From: Haemophilus sp.
Lineage (GTDB): Bacteria > Pseudomonadota > Gammaproteobacteria > Enterobacterales > Pasteurellaceae
Direction: 5' to 3' (one strand)
Assembly (NCBI RefSeq): GCF_019423025.1
Contig: NZ_JAHZCD010000007.1
Length of the DNA stretch: 64,000 nt
Position numbers and translations under genes: made by a program. Positions within the stretch are counted from its first letter, which is position 1. The number at the start of each line of letters is the position of its first letter. Positions 1 through 9,489 of this stretch are shown piece by piece. The notes below the pieces were generated by a model. That model saw only the letters and a program-made list of their open reading frames with translations. It was not told the DNA's origin and searched no databases.

Positions 1-1382
1 TCATCTCGGAAGTCAAACACGGTTTTAATACCCGCAATAAACTCGTGGGCGTTTCCGTCTAATTTTAAATTGAGATTTTCAAACTGCGGGGTTGTGCCAT
101 TCAACGTTGCTTGCAAACGCCCTTCTAAGCCATAACGACCGATAATAATGTCATCTAACGGTAAACGAACGTACAACTTGGTATCTGGCTGAACGGTATC
201 CATTTTAAAGACGGAACCCGGGTAAAAATACACCACTGGATGGGTGAAGAGCCCGCCGAGATGATAGGTTAAATTGGTTTGTGCCACGGTAGCGTTATAA
301 CGTAAATCCCCGCGGGTTTTCAGCTCAAAATCCAATTCATTATTGTCATCGCCACCACCGATTTCACCATTTTTACCTGAAATCACGATCTCCCCTTTGC
401 CCATTTCACCAAAGGTTTGCAAGATCACGTTCATATCAATGCTTAATGGCAACAAGCCTTCTGCCGCACGGTGAATAGATAAGCCAAGGAAGCCTTTAAT
501 CGGTTGATAGCTGTCAAAGGTCCAATAAAATTTCCCCCATGAAATATCCAAACCGTCTTTGGTGAACACAAAAGGCACATCCAACAATGGTGAATTAGTT
601 GTTAAATCTTGGGCATTTAACTGGCCATCCGCCCCTTGCCACGACACTTTTGCCTCGCCTTTTGTGACGGCTAGCTCTGGGTTATTCCAGTTAAGTAAGA
701 CATTGCCTTGTTGAGGCAGTTGAGAAAGATCAGGATCAAAATTCGCAGAGAAATGAAGATCGTAGGTTTTATCTTCCGCTTGTTTAATGTCGGTACTGCC
801 CGCCCATTGGAAAATGCCATCTTGTGGCGTGACAGTCGATTGATGATGCAGCTCAAGCTCGTCATTATTGGCTTGAGCTTCGAGTGCTAATTGGTTGCCG
901 TTATAGTTTGCGTCTAACGCCCAATCAGCCGATAAGAAAGGTTTTAAAGCCCCTTGTGTCAAGGCTTCGGCATTCGTTAATTGAAAGTGTTTAACGTTAA
1001 CATGAGAAATAGGCAATGCTGCCCAAAGTGCGGTCAAATTTGGCGGTGTTTTTTCAGCATTATCACTGGGTAAATGGGTTAAACAATCATAATTCAAGCT
1101 CGCCTTTTCAACATCAAGACTATGCGTATTCCACCAAGTCACCTGAGTATTATTCAGGTTCACTAGCGTACATTGGTCAGTTTTCACTTTTAGCTCTGGC
1201 AGTGTTAAACCTGTGGTTTCCCATTGCCAGTCATCGGCTAATTCAATGTGATAATGCGGTGCTAAAAAATGATTGGTAAGTTGCGCTACACGTTTCGGGG
1301 TCGCAAAAACGCGTAATAAGCCAATGCTTATTACGATCAATAGCAACAAAATAATCAACACCCACAGGCAACGCTTTCGCAT
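1..1382 (-). CDS. AsmA-family / YdbH-like large envelope protein, N-terminal ~460 codons (gene runs off the left edge)
   Basis: Absent from the supplied ORF track because it has no stop in the window. I translated the reverse strand by hand. It is open from ATG 1382..1380 to position 1. It begins MRKRCLWVLIILLLLIVISIGLLRVFATPKRVAQ (one N-terminal TM anchor), followed by a long soluble region (..WGKFYWTFDSYQPIKGFLGLSI..). The architecture resembles E. coli YdbH as I recall it. Confidence 0.6.
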   Translation of the reverse strand, partial: MRKRCLWVLIILLLLIVISIGLLRVFATPKRVAQLTNHFLAPHYHIELADDWQWETTGLTLPELKVKTDQCTLVNLNNTQVTWWNTHSLDVEKASLNYDCLTHLPSDNAEKTPPNLTALWAALPISHVNVKHFQLTNAEALTQGALKPFLSADWALDANYNGNQLALEAQANNDELELHHQSTVTPQDGIFQWAGSTDIKQAEDKTYDLHFSANFDPDLSQLPQQGNVLLNWNNPELAVTKGEAKVSWQGADGQLNAQDLTTNSPLLDVPFVFTKDGLDISWGKFYWTFDSYQPIKGFLGLSIHRAAEGLLPLSIDMNVILQTFGEMGKGEIVISGKNGEIGGGDDNNELDFELKTRGDLRYNATVAQTNLTYHLGGLFTHPVVYFYPGSVFKMDTVQPDTKLYVRLPLDDIIIGRYGLEGRLQATLNGTTPQFENLNLKLDGNAHEFIAGIKTVFDFRD

Positions 1383-1430
1383 AGATTCCCCAATTACGCG
1401 ATTAATCAATAAATAGAGGCGTATTCTATC

Positions 1431-1922
1431 CTATCTTGCCCCAAATAGCTCAACCAACTTATCCCCAAAGAAATAAAACACTAATCCAAAGGCGACAATA
1501 ATTAATCCGATGAATTTTGTGATATTTACTTCTCGGATCGGCATACCGATAAGACCAAAATGATCGATAGTTGTTGCCGTAATTAATTGTCCGACGATGA
1601 TAAAAAATAACATCGCAGTAATGCCTAATTTAGGTGCAAGCAAAACGGTTGTGAACACGACAACTGCGCCGAGTACCCCACCAATTAATTTCCACCAAGG
1701 TTGTGATGGAATCGTAGATAAATTGCCCCATAAATCAGTTTTAGCCAATGCGATAAAAAAGAGAAAAATCGTGCCTACCGCAAAAGAAATAAAGGTCGCG
1801 ATCACCGCTTCGCCACTCATGGCTTTCGCCAATTGCGTATTAATCGCTGATTGCGTGGCGAGTGCTACGCCTGCCGCTAAAGCGACGATGAGATAAACAA
1901 AAAACATCGAGACTCCCAACAT
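1431..1922 (-). CDS. Small DMT-superfamily membrane protein (YdcZ/DUF606-like)
   Basis: 163-aa very hydrophobic ORF with motifs ..QSAINTQLAK.. and ..LIGGVLGAVVVFTTVLLAPKLG.. Alternative start MFFVY at 1907. Confidence 0.6.
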   Translation of the reverse strand: MLGVSMFFVYLIVALAAGVALATQSAINTQLAKAMSGEAVIATFISFAVGTIFLFFIALAKTDLWGNLSTIPSQPWWKLIGGVLGAVVVFTTVLLAPKLGITAMLFFIIVGQLITATTIDHFGLIGMPIREVNITKFIGLIIVAFGLVFYFFGDKLVELFGAR

Positions 1923-2057
1923 AAAATTTAGTTTATTTTAACCTTTTCTAATTTACCGTGAAATGCTTTCTATTCGGCAAAAATCGTCCCAAAATCAACC
2001 GCACTTTGTACTTCATTCACAAATACCTCAAAAGTTGTAAGTCATCTTACCTGTTTA

Positions 2058-2073
2058 TTTGATCTCGATCACT
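2058..2073 (+). promoter_or_regulatory. CRP-binding site candidate upstream of manX
   Basis: tttgatctcgatcact matches TGTGA-N6-TCACA at 8 of 10 core positions. It is centred about 60 nt upstream of the predicted TSS. Confidence 0.45.
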
Positions 2074-2090
2074 ATTTGACTATTCTTTAT

Positions 2091-2118
2091 TTGACGCTAA
2101 TCTTCAAATCCATACACT
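2091..2118 (+). promoter_or_regulatory. Candidate sigma70 promoter of manXYZ
   Basis: -35 TTGACG (2091..2096), 16-nt spacer, -10 TACACT (2113..2118). Confidence 0.4.
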
Positions 2119-2202
2119 AAACTCCATTCGGAGCAATCGTTTGCGCAGTGCGTATTGAAAGCAAAATAGACTGATTTTATCAACTCAATGGGAGGAATAT
2201 CC

Positions 2203-3171
2203 ATGACCCACATTATCGTTGCAACGCACGGTAAGTTTTCTGAAGAAATCGTCAATTCCGCCGCTATGGTGTATGGCGAAGATGAAAACTGCCATGTCGT
2301 GACTTTCTTACCGGGTGAAGGCGGTGAGCATTTAATCGAGAAATACAATGCGATTATTGCCACGCTGCCTGAAAATGAACCGGTGCTCTTTCTGGTCGAT
2401 TTATTTGGTGGTAGCCCATACAACGCGGCAAGCCGAGTGGCCAGTGAAAGGGATAATACCGATATCGTCACCGGCATTAATCTACCGATGTTGCTAGAAG
2501 TGCTTGATGCCAAAGATGGCGCCAGCTTAGATGAATTGGTAGAAACCGCGAAAGAAGTCGGGGTCGCTGCTGTGAAATCCTTCCGTCAACCTAAAGAAAG
2601 CAAGCCTGCTCCAACGCCAGCCGCTAAACCAGCTGAAGCACCAAAAACCTCTCCAAATCCAACCGCACTTTCTGGCAATATGAACATTTCCTTATTGCGT
2701 ATTGATAGCCGTTTAATCCACGGTCAAGTGGCGACCTCTTGGGCGAAAGCAGTGAAATGTGAAGCGATTTTTGCGATAAATGATGATGTGGCGAATGATG
2801 CGCTTCGTCGTGACTTATTACTCCAAATCGCCCCTGAACATTTGAAAGCTTATGTGATTCCTGTAGACAAAGCCATTAAGGTGTATCACAACCCGAAATA
2901 TGCGGGCAAAAACATTCTTTGGTTGGTAACCAACCCAACAGATATCGTGCGCTTAATCGAGGGTGGCGTAAAAATTGATAAAGTTAACGTGGGCGGTATG
3001 ACGTTTCGTGAAGGCGACAAAATGCTTTCCCAAGCAGTTGCCGTCAACCCAACTGATGTGGCTGCATTTAAACAGCTTTTAGATAAAGGCGTGGAATTAA
3101 GCTTACAACAAGTGGCGAGCAGCCCGAAATCAATGCTCACGCACAAAGAGCTTGATGCGATTCAATTTTAA
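2203..3171 (+). CDS. manX: PTS mannose-family EIIAB component
   Basis: IIA domain MTHIIVATHGKFSEE, Ala/Pro linker PAPTPAAKPAEAPK, IIB domain LLRIDSRLIHGQV. GGGAGG RBS lies before ATG 2203, so the track start at 2188 was rejected. Confidence 0.92.
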   Translation: MTHIIVATHGKFSEEIVNSAAMVYGEDENCHVVTFLPGEGGEHLIEKYNAIIATLPENEPVLFLVDLFGGSPYNAASRVASERDNTDIVTGINLPMLLEVLDAKDGASLDELVETAKEVGVAAVKSFRQPKESKPAPTPAAKPAEAPKTSPNPTALSGNMNISLLRIDSRLIHGQVATSWAKAVKCEAIFAINDDVANDALRRDLLLQIAPEHLKAYVIPVDKAIKVYHNPKYAGKNILWLVTNPTDIVRLIEGGVKIDKVNVGGMTFREGDKMLSQAVAVNPTDVAAFKQLLDKGVELSLQQVASSPKSMLTHKELDAIQF

Positions 3172-3189
3172 TTACGAGGACAATTCATT

Positions 3190-3987
3190 ATGACAACAAT
3201 GGAAATTATTTTAGTCACACTCGTTGCCGCCATTTGCGGTATGGGGAGTGTATTGGACGAACGTCAAACTCATCGTCCTTTAGTTGCTTGTACCCTAATC
3301 GGCTTAGTATTAGGTGATTTAGAAACCGGTATTATTGTCGGTGGTACCCTTGAATTAGTGGCATTAGGCTGGATGAACGTGGGTGCGGCAATGGCACCAG
3401 ATGCGGCATTAGCCAGTGTGATTGCAACTATCCTCGTCATCAAAGGCGGCCAAGATAAAGGGAGCGCATTAGCGATTGCGATTCCAGTCGCGGCGGCAGG
3501 TCAAGTATTAACTATCTTCGTACGTACTTTAACCATCTTCCTTCAACATAAAGCCGATGATTTTGCCGCAAAAGCCAACTTCCGAGGCATTGAATTCTGT
3601 CACTTTAGTGGTCTTGCATTACAAGCCTTACGTGTAGCAATTCCAACCTTCTTCGTTGCGTTAGTAGCAGGTACGGATACGGTAACCGAAGCATTGAACG
3701 CGATTCCAGAAGTGGTGACTCGCGGTTTACAAATCGCCGGTGGGTTTATCGTGGTCGTAGGTTATGCAATGGTCATCAATATGATGCGTGCAGGCGCATT
3801 AATGCCATTCTTCTTCCTAGGCTTCGTAATCGCCTCTTTCACCAATTACAACCTTGTAGGTCTCGGTATTTTAGGCACATGCTTAGCGATGATTTACATT
3901 CAATTAAACCCACGTTTCCATCAATCTACTGCACCACAAGCAGTTGCAAAACGTGAATTAGCTGACGATGAACTTGAAGGACTATAA
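3190..3987 (+). CDS. manY: PTS mannose-family EIIC component
   Basis: 265-aa polytopic membrane protein, 18 nt after manX. Typical ManY length and gene order. Confidence 0.9.
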   Translation: MTTMEIILVTLVAAICGMGSVLDERQTHRPLVACTLIGLVLGDLETGIIVGGTLELVALGWMNVGAAMAPDAALASVIATILVIKGGQDKGSALAIAIPVAAAGQVLTIFVRTLTIFLQHKADDFAAKANFRGIEFCHFSGLALQALRVAIPTFFVALVAGTDTVTEALNAIPEVVTRGLQIAGGFIVVVGYAMVINMMRAGALMPFFFLGFVIASFTNYNLVGLGILGTCLAMIYIQLNPRFHQSTAPQAVAKRELADDELEGL

Positions 3988-3997
3988 GGAAGAAATT

Positions 3998-4831
3998 ATG
4001 ACTGAACAAACTAAAAAATCATTAACAAAAGGCGATATCCGTAGCACTTACTGGCGTTCAACTTTCTTGCTAGGTTCTTTCAACTTTGAACGTATGCAAG
4101 CAATGGGGTTCTGTGTATCGATGATTCCAGCTATTAAACGTCTTTACAGCAAAAAAGAAGATCAAGCAGCCGCATTAAAACGCCACTTAGAATTCTTTAA
4201 TACTCAGCCTTGGGTGGCATCATCTATCATCGGTGTAACCGCCGCGATGGAACAAGAACGCGCGAACGGCAACGATATTGATGACTCCGCAATCAGTGGG
4301 GTGAAAGTCGGTTTAATGGGCCCATTAGCTGGTGTGGGTGACCCAATTTTCTGGGGGACATTACGTCCTGTACTCGCGGCACTTGGTGCGGGCTTAGCCA
4401 TTACTGGTAGCCTTTTAGGGCCATTACTTTTCTTCATCGGTATCAACCTTTGCCGTGCAGTAACTCGTTGGTATGGTTTCAAATACGGCTATGAAAAAGG
4501 TACCACAATCGTTAACGATATGGGTGGCGGTCGCTTACAAAAATTGACGCAGGGGGCATCTATCCTCGGTCTCTTTGTCATGGGCTCACTGGTATCGAAA
4601 TGGACGAGTATCAACATTCCATTAGAACTTTCCCGCTATAAAAACCAAATGGGCGAAGAAGTGGTTACCACTGTGCAAAGCGTGTTAAATGACCTTCTCC
4701 CAGGCCTTGCAGCGTTAGGTTTAACCTTCTTATGTATGTATTTATTACGTAAAAAAATCAACGCTATGTACATCATCTTCGCCTTATTCGGCGTGGGTAT
4801 TTTAGGCTATCATTTTGGTGTGTTAGCATAA
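3998..4831 (+). CDS. manZ: PTS mannose-family EIID component
   Basis: MTEQTKKSLTKGDIRSTYWRSTFLLGSFNFERMQAMGF is the conserved ManZ N-terminus. AAGGAAG RBS lies before ATG 3998. A hairpin terminator follows. Confidence 0.9.
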   Translation: MTEQTKKSLTKGDIRSTYWRSTFLLGSFNFERMQAMGFCVSMIPAIKRLYSKKEDQAAALKRHLEFFNTQPWVASSIIGVTAAMEQERANGNDIDDSAISGVKVGLMGPLAGVGDPIFWGTLRPVLAALGAGLAITGSLLGPLLFFIGINLCRAVTRWYGFKYGYEKGTTIVNDMGGGRLQKLTQGASILGLFVMGSLVSKWTSINIPLELSRYKNQMGEEVVTTVQSVLNDLLPGLAALGLTFLCMYLLRKKINAMYIIFALFGVGILGYHFGVLA

Positions 4832-4843
4832 TATATTATGGTA

Positions 4844-4882
4844 TTGCCTTCCCTCTTTCTCTTGAGGGAAGGCAAATTTTTT
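4844..4882 (+). terminator. Rho-independent terminator of manXYZ
   Basis: 12-bp stem ttgccttccctc/gagggaaggcaa, 8-nt loop, then atttttt. Confidence 0.85.
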
Positions 4883-4901
4883 AGCATGACATATAAATCC
4901 T

Positions 4902-5273
4902 ATGAACTGGAAAGATCTCATCAAGCCACCACCGGCTGAAGGCTATATTAAAAATTCATCCAATTTAGTGACCGCACTTTTTGTTCTGGCGGGCATTCTT
5001 TATTATCCCACTAATGGCTATGGCGCCGTCATCGCTTTAATTGCCGCATTAATTGTATTAATCGGACAAAAAGTGCTGCTTGCTCAAACCAATAAAGATT
5101 TCACTGAAATGCAATTAGCCGAAAAGCAATTCCAAGAAACCCAAAACAGCGATTACCTCCGCTTTATTGAAGCACGCGCCACCCAAATGTTGCACGACAA
5201 CAAAGTCCTTTCCGAAAAAGGCAAAAAAGAGTTGGAGAGATTACTGTCTATCGTCAAAACGCATTTAGCATAG
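4902..5273 (+). CDS. Hypothetical membrane-anchored protein (one or two TM helices plus a charged helical tail)
   Basis: 123-aa ORF after the manZ terminator. No clear RBS and no family recognised. Confidence 0.4.
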   Translation: MNWKDLIKPPPAEGYIKNSSNLVTALFVLAGILYYPTNGYGAVIALIAALIVLIGQKVLLAQTNKDFTEMQLAEKQFQETQNSDYLRFIEARATQMLHDNKVLSEKGKKELERLLSIVKTHLA

Positions 5274-5391
5274 CTGATCCAAAATAATCATAACTTTTAG
5301 CTATATGAAATAAGCTTTTCTTCTTTTTCTTACTTAAGTTAGAAAGGTATTATCAAGCGGAAATTTATGATTTATCCCTTAGGAGTAGTTT

Positions 5392-5937
5392 ATGTCTCAA
5401 TTTAAAATTCACACTATTGAATCAGCCCCTGAAGCAGCACAAGAAGCTTTAAAAGCCGTAAAAAATGCCAATGGTTTTATTCCAAATTTAATTGGTGTTC
5501 TTGCGAACGCCCCTACCGCACTTGAAACTTATCGCACGGTGGGCGGCATTAATGGTCGTAACAGCTTAACGGCAACAGAACGCGAAGTGGTGCAAATTAC
5601 TGCGGCTGTAGTCAACGGTTGTGGTTTCTGTGTAGCAGGCCATACGAAGATCGCGTTAAAAGTGTTAAAACTTGAAGAAGAGCTTGTAAACCAAATTCGT
5701 GCGACAGCTCGTATTGAAAGTGATAAAAAACTCGATACTTTAGCGCGTTTCACCCTTGCTGTTATTTTGCAAAAAGCAAAATTAACTGAAGCACAGCTTA
5801 AAGCCTTTTTTGATGCGGGTTATACCCAAGAAAATGCTATTGATGTGATTTTAGGGGTTAGCCTCGCCACATTATGTAACTATGTGAACAACATTGCTGA
5901 AACCCCAATCAACCCTGAATTACAAGCATTTGCATAA
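5392..5937 (+). CDS. Carboxymuconolactone decarboxylase / AhpD-like peroxidase-family protein
   Basis: AGGAG RBS. AhpD-type CxxC motif in NGCGFCVAGH. Size of 181 aa is typical. Confidence 0.75.
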   Translation: MSQFKIHTIESAPEAAQEALKAVKNANGFIPNLIGVLANAPTALETYRTVGGINGRNSLTATEREVVQITAAVVNGCGFCVAGHTKIALKVLKLEEELVNQIRATARIESDKKLDTLARFTLAVILQKAKLTEAQLKAFFDAGYTQENAIDVILGVSLATLCNYVNNIAETPINPELQAFA

Positions 5938-5950
5938 TCAAGCCTATATA

Positions 5951-5982
5951 AAAAGTGCGGTCATTTTTGACCGCACTTTTTT
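5951..5982. terminator. Bidirectional terminator formed by an inverted USS pair
   Basis: aaaagtgcggtc-attttt-gaccgcactttt between the convergent AhpD-like and TlpA-like genes. Confidence 0.8.
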
Positions 5983-6457
5983 ATTCCTTCACAAATTGTT
6001 TTATTTGATCTGAATTGAGATGCCCAGGTTGGACTTTGATAAGATTTAAATCCTTATCCAAGAGCAAATTAAACGGATAGCCTAATACATTGGCACGTTT
6101 AATGATTTCACCCTTTTCATCCAATAATACGGTGATGTTTTTATAATCTAGCCCCTTATACCAATTGATAAATTTTTGGCTATTTTGTTCGTTCTTTTGT
6201 CCAGGTGAGGCAATCGTAATCACATTAAAATCCAAATTCTTTTCAGCACTAAGATCGTCAATTTCTGCTAAACCAGCCAAGCAAATTGGACACCAGGATG
6301 CCCACATTTTGATATAAAGCGGTTTACCTTGATATTGTGATAAGGTGACGGTTTGATTATCCAACGTTTTCAAGGAGATATCCGCCAAAGACACCTTCTC
6401 TTGTGCAAAACTCAATGGACTCAAAAATAATAAAAGTGCGGTCAATATTTTTTTCAT
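5981..6457 (-). CDS. Periplasmic TlpA/ResA-like thiol:disulfide oxidoreductase
   Basis: Signal peptide MKKILTALLLFLSPLSFAQ. Thioredoxin-fold active site WASWCPIC. Lies 9 nt downstream of msrAB on the same strand. Confidence 0.8.
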   Translation of the reverse strand: MKKILTALLLFLSPLSFAQEKVSLADISLKTLDNQTVTLSQYQGKPLYIKMWASWCPICLAGLAEIDDLSAEKNLDFNVITIASPGQKNEQNSQKFINWYKGLDYKNITVLLDEKGEIIKRANVLGYPFNLLLDKDLNLIKVQPGHLNSDQIKQFVKE

Positions 6458-6466
6458 TTTTTCCTC

Positions 6467-7528
6467 TTATTTCACAAAGGGAATCAAATCGCCATAGCCT
6501 TGTTTTTCCATTTCATCTAATGGAATAAACTTAATCGATGCGCTGTTGATGCAGTAACGCAAGCCGCCTTTATCACGCGGACCATCATCAAACACATGGC
6601 CTAAATGGGCATGACCACTGCGACTTAACACCTCAATACGAGTCATATTAAAGCTATTATCTTTTTGATACTCCGCCACTTCAGCGGCAATCGGTTTAGT
6701 AAAACTTGGCCAACCACAACCGGATTCAAACTTATCTTTGGAAGAAAACAACGGTTCTCCCGTGGTGATATCCACATAAATACCCGGCGCGAAATTATCC
6801 CAATATTCGTTACTAAAAGAGCGTTCGGTATGTTTGCCTTGCGTCACATCATATTGAAGTGCGGTCAATTTTTGCTTTAATTCTGCATCACTTGGTTTTG
6901 GGTATTTTTTATCATCAATTAATGGCTCATCCGCTTTTTTGATGTCAATATGGCAATAACCATTCGGATTTTTCTTTAGATAATCCTGATGATACTCTTC
7001 CGCCTCCACATAATTTTTCAGCGGTTCTACTTCAATTTGAATCGATTCCTGATATTTACTTTGTAAGGTTTTCAATGCCGCTTCAATAACGGCTTTATCT
7101 TGCTCATTTTGATAATAAATGCCCGTGCGATATTGTCTGCCACGATCATTGCCTTGCTTATTGATACTGGTTGGATCGATAACTCGGAAATAATATTGCA
7201 ACAATTTATCTAGCGAAATTTTGTTTGGATCGTAAGTTACTTTCACGGTTTCTGCATGATCTGTCGCATGCAATAATTGATAGTTGGTGGTATCACCTTT
7301 TCCATTAGCATAACCCGAAACCGCATCGATCACGCCCTGAATGCGTTCCATATAAGCTTCTAGTCCCCAAAAACAACCACCAGCAAGATAAATAATTCGT
7401 TGTTCTTGTTTACTTTCCATTGTCATTTTTTGCTCCTTTGATGAAGTTGGATTATCAGCATACGTTAAACTACTTTGCAAACCGCTAAAAAGTGCGGTCA
7501 ATATGAGAAATGTTTTTGTATATTTCAT
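6467..7528 (-). CDS. msrAB: Secreted bifunctional peptide-methionine sulfoxide reductase MsrA-MsrB
   Basis: N-terminal signal peptide. MsrA motif GGCFWGLE. MsrB motif [14 protein letters not shown]. Confidence 0.92.
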   Translation of the reverse strand: MKYTKTFLILTALFSGLQSSLTYADNPTSSKEQKMTMESKQEQRIIYLAGGCFWGLEAYMERIQGVIDAVSGYANGKGDTTNYQLLHATDHAETVKVTYDPNKISLDKLLQYYFRVIDPTSINKQGNDRGRQYRTGIYYQNEQDKAVIEAALKTLQSKYQESIQIEVEPLKNYVEAEEYHQDYLKKNPNGYCHIDIKKADEPLIDDKKYPKPSDAELKQKLTALQYDVTQGKHTERSFSNEYWDNFAPGIYVDITTGEPLFSSKDKFESGCGWPSFTKPIAAEVAEYQKDNSFNMTRIEVLSRSGHAHLGHVFDDGPRDKGGLRYCINSASIKFIPLDEMEKQGYGDLIPFVK

Positions 7529-7640
7529 TTTCTTTCCTTATTATAGAAAAATCTTCAACTTACATTTCATTAGACGAAGACAAGCCCATTTTCTTACAAA
7601 ATAAGGCAATTTTTTACCGCACGTTGTGCAAGGAACCTTT

Positions 7641-8507
7641 ATGCCAAACATTCATCTCCGCAATAATTATCAAAAAGCTGTTGTTTGTATGGTGTTAGCT
7701 TACATCAGCATTGCCTTAATGGGCGTCTTTGTAAAATACGCCTCCGATGAATTACCGTCCAGTGAAATTTTATTTTCCCGTTTCTTTATTGGTTTTGTTT
7801 TTCTCCTGCCTTTTTTGATTAAAGATGGGGATTTCAAAGTTGATATGTCGCAATGGAAGTTTCTCGTTTTGCGCAACCTTGCTGGCATTGCCAGTATGTT
7901 GTTAACCTTTTACGCCATTAAATATTTGCCGATTTCCATTGCAATTTTATTGATGAATACGTCCGCACTTTTTGTGCCTTTACTGCTGTTTTTCTTTAAA
8001 GTCAAAACACCACTAAAAGTATTAGCTTGCAGTTTTATGGGGTTTGTCGGTGTATCCATCATTATGCTGACCAACGGCTCAATGAATATCAACCCTATCC
8101 ATGTAGGCTACGCGTTAGGTGCAGCAGTATTGGCTGCTATGGCATTTATCAGTTTACAAGAGCTCAATAAACACAATTCACCTAAAAATATCGTGTTTTA
8201 TTTCCACTTGTTAGGCTCGATTTTATTGCCACTCTTTTTCATCACACAATGGGAAATGCCAACATTACATGGATTCACCTTATTGATTTTGGTGGGTGGA
8301 TTCGGGCTTATTTTCCAATTATTACTCACTCGTGCCTTTAAATACGCCCCTGCCAATGTCATTACGCCTTTTGCTTTTACTGGCGTGATTTTCTCCAGTA
8401 TTTGTGACTGGCTATTTTGGGATAACGTACCAAGCCTAAATTTCTGGATTGGTTCATTAGTCATTATTATTGCCGTCAGTTTACTTGCCAGAATGCGGGC
8501 AAAATAG
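7641..8507 (+). CDS. EamA/DMT-family 10-TM transporter
   Basis: Polytopic ORF with duplicated EamA-like halves. AAGGA RBS lies 6 nt before ATG 7641. The track start at 7626 is a GTG. Confidence 0.75.
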   Translation: MPNIHLRNNYQKAVVCMVLAYISIALMGVFVKYASDELPSSEILFSRFFIGFVFLLPFLIKDGDFKVDMSQWKFLVLRNLAGIASMLLTFYAIKYLPISIAILLMNTSALFVPLLLFFFKVKTPLKVLACSFMGFVGVSIIMLTNGSMNINPIHVGYALGAAVLAAMAFISLQELNKHNSPKNIVFYFHLLGSILLPLFFITQWEMPTLHGFTLLILVGGFGLIFQLLLTRAFKYAPANVITPFAFTGVIFSSICDWLFWDNVPSLNFWIGSLVIIIAVSLLARMRAK

Positions 8508-8531
8508 AGAAATCCGACCAAATAGCTAGAA

Positions 8532-8568
8532 TATAACTATTCTCAATAACATTGTTTGAGTGTATAAT
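8532..8568 (+). promoter_or_regulatory. Fur-box-like sequence overlapping the -35 of an extended -10 promoter for the iron ABC operon
   Basis: tataactattctcaataac (8532..8550) matches GATAATGATAATCATTATC at 12 of 19 positions. -35 ttctca, 17-nt spacer, extended -10 TGTATAAT at 8561..8568. Confidence 0.45.
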
Positions 8569-8598
8569 CCAAATGCTTTTTATTATTGAGGACACAAC

Positions 8599-9489
8599 AT
8601 GAAAAAATTATTCAAAACTACTTTAGCTTCCGCATTATTAATGGTATCCGCATTCGCTAGCGCCGTGACGGTTAAAGATGCGAAAGGTGAATTTACCCTT
8701 GATAAAACCCCAAGCCGTGTTGTGGTATTGGAATATTCTTTTGTGGATGCTTTAGCCCAAGTCGGTGTAAGCCCAGTAGGTGTGGCTGACGACAACAAAA
8801 TCGATCGTATTCTGCCGCAAGTACGCGAAAAAATTGCTGCATGGCAATCCGTTGGTACGCGTTCTCAACCGAGTCTTGAAGTGATTGCTTCCCTCAAACC
8901 CGATTTAATTATTGCTGATCCATCTCGCCATACTGCAGTATTTGAAGAATTGAAAAAAATTGCGCCAACAGTGATGTTCGATTCTCGTCATGAAAGCTAC
9001 CAAGAAAATCTTGAAACTGCGCAGAAAATTGGTGATTTAGTGGGTAAAAGCGCTGAAATGAAAGCGAAGATCAATGAACATAATGATTACATTGCCAACA
9101 TTGCAAAAAATCTAGGTGTACAAGGCAAAAAAGCCTCATTTGGTACTTCCCGAGAAGATAAATTTAATATCCAAAATGACAATGGCTATGTGGGTAGTTT
9201 CTTAACGACATTAGGTTTTGCCCCAACCAAACTCAATAGCGATCAGGCTTTCGTGGAAATCAACCTTGAACAATTAGTAATGGAAAAACCGGAATACTTG
9301 TTCATCGCCCATTATCGTGATGAAAGTATTGCGCGCAAATGGGAAGCCGAGCCACTTTGGAAAGCCATTCCTGCCGTAAAAGCGAATCATGTTTACAGCG
9401 TTGACGCTGACATGTGGGCTCGCGGTCGTGGCTTAGAAGCGAGCAAAATTATGGCAAAACAAATTGAAGGTTTCGTGAAACAAAAATAA
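8599..9489 (+). CDS. Iron-siderophore ABC transporter periplasmic binding protein (FecB/FepB/FhuD class)
   Basis: Signal peptide MKKLFKTTLASALLMVSAFASA. Motifs PSRVVVLEYSFVDALAQVGV and LKPDLIIAD. GAGGA RBS. First gene of a four-gene operon joined by TAATG overlaps. Confidence 0.85.
   Translation: MKKLFKTTLASALLMVSAFASAVTVKDAKGEFTLDKTPSRVVVLEYSFVDALAQVGVSPVGVADDNKIDRILPQVREKIAAWQSVGTRSQPSLEVIASLKPDLIIADPSRHTAVFEELKKIAPTVMFDSRHESYQENLETAQKIGDLVGKSAEMKAKINEHNDYIANIAKNLGVQGKKASFGTSREDKFNIQNDNGYVGSFLTTLGFAPTKLNSDQAFVEINLEQLVMEKPEYLFIAHYRDESIARKWEAEPLWKAIPAVKANHVYSVDADMWARGRGLEASKIMAKQIEGFVKQK

Noticed and set aside
2097-2513. 138-aa minus-strand ORF overlapping the manX start
   Set aside because: It is antisense to manX and its promoter region. 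It has no RBS and no recognisable family.
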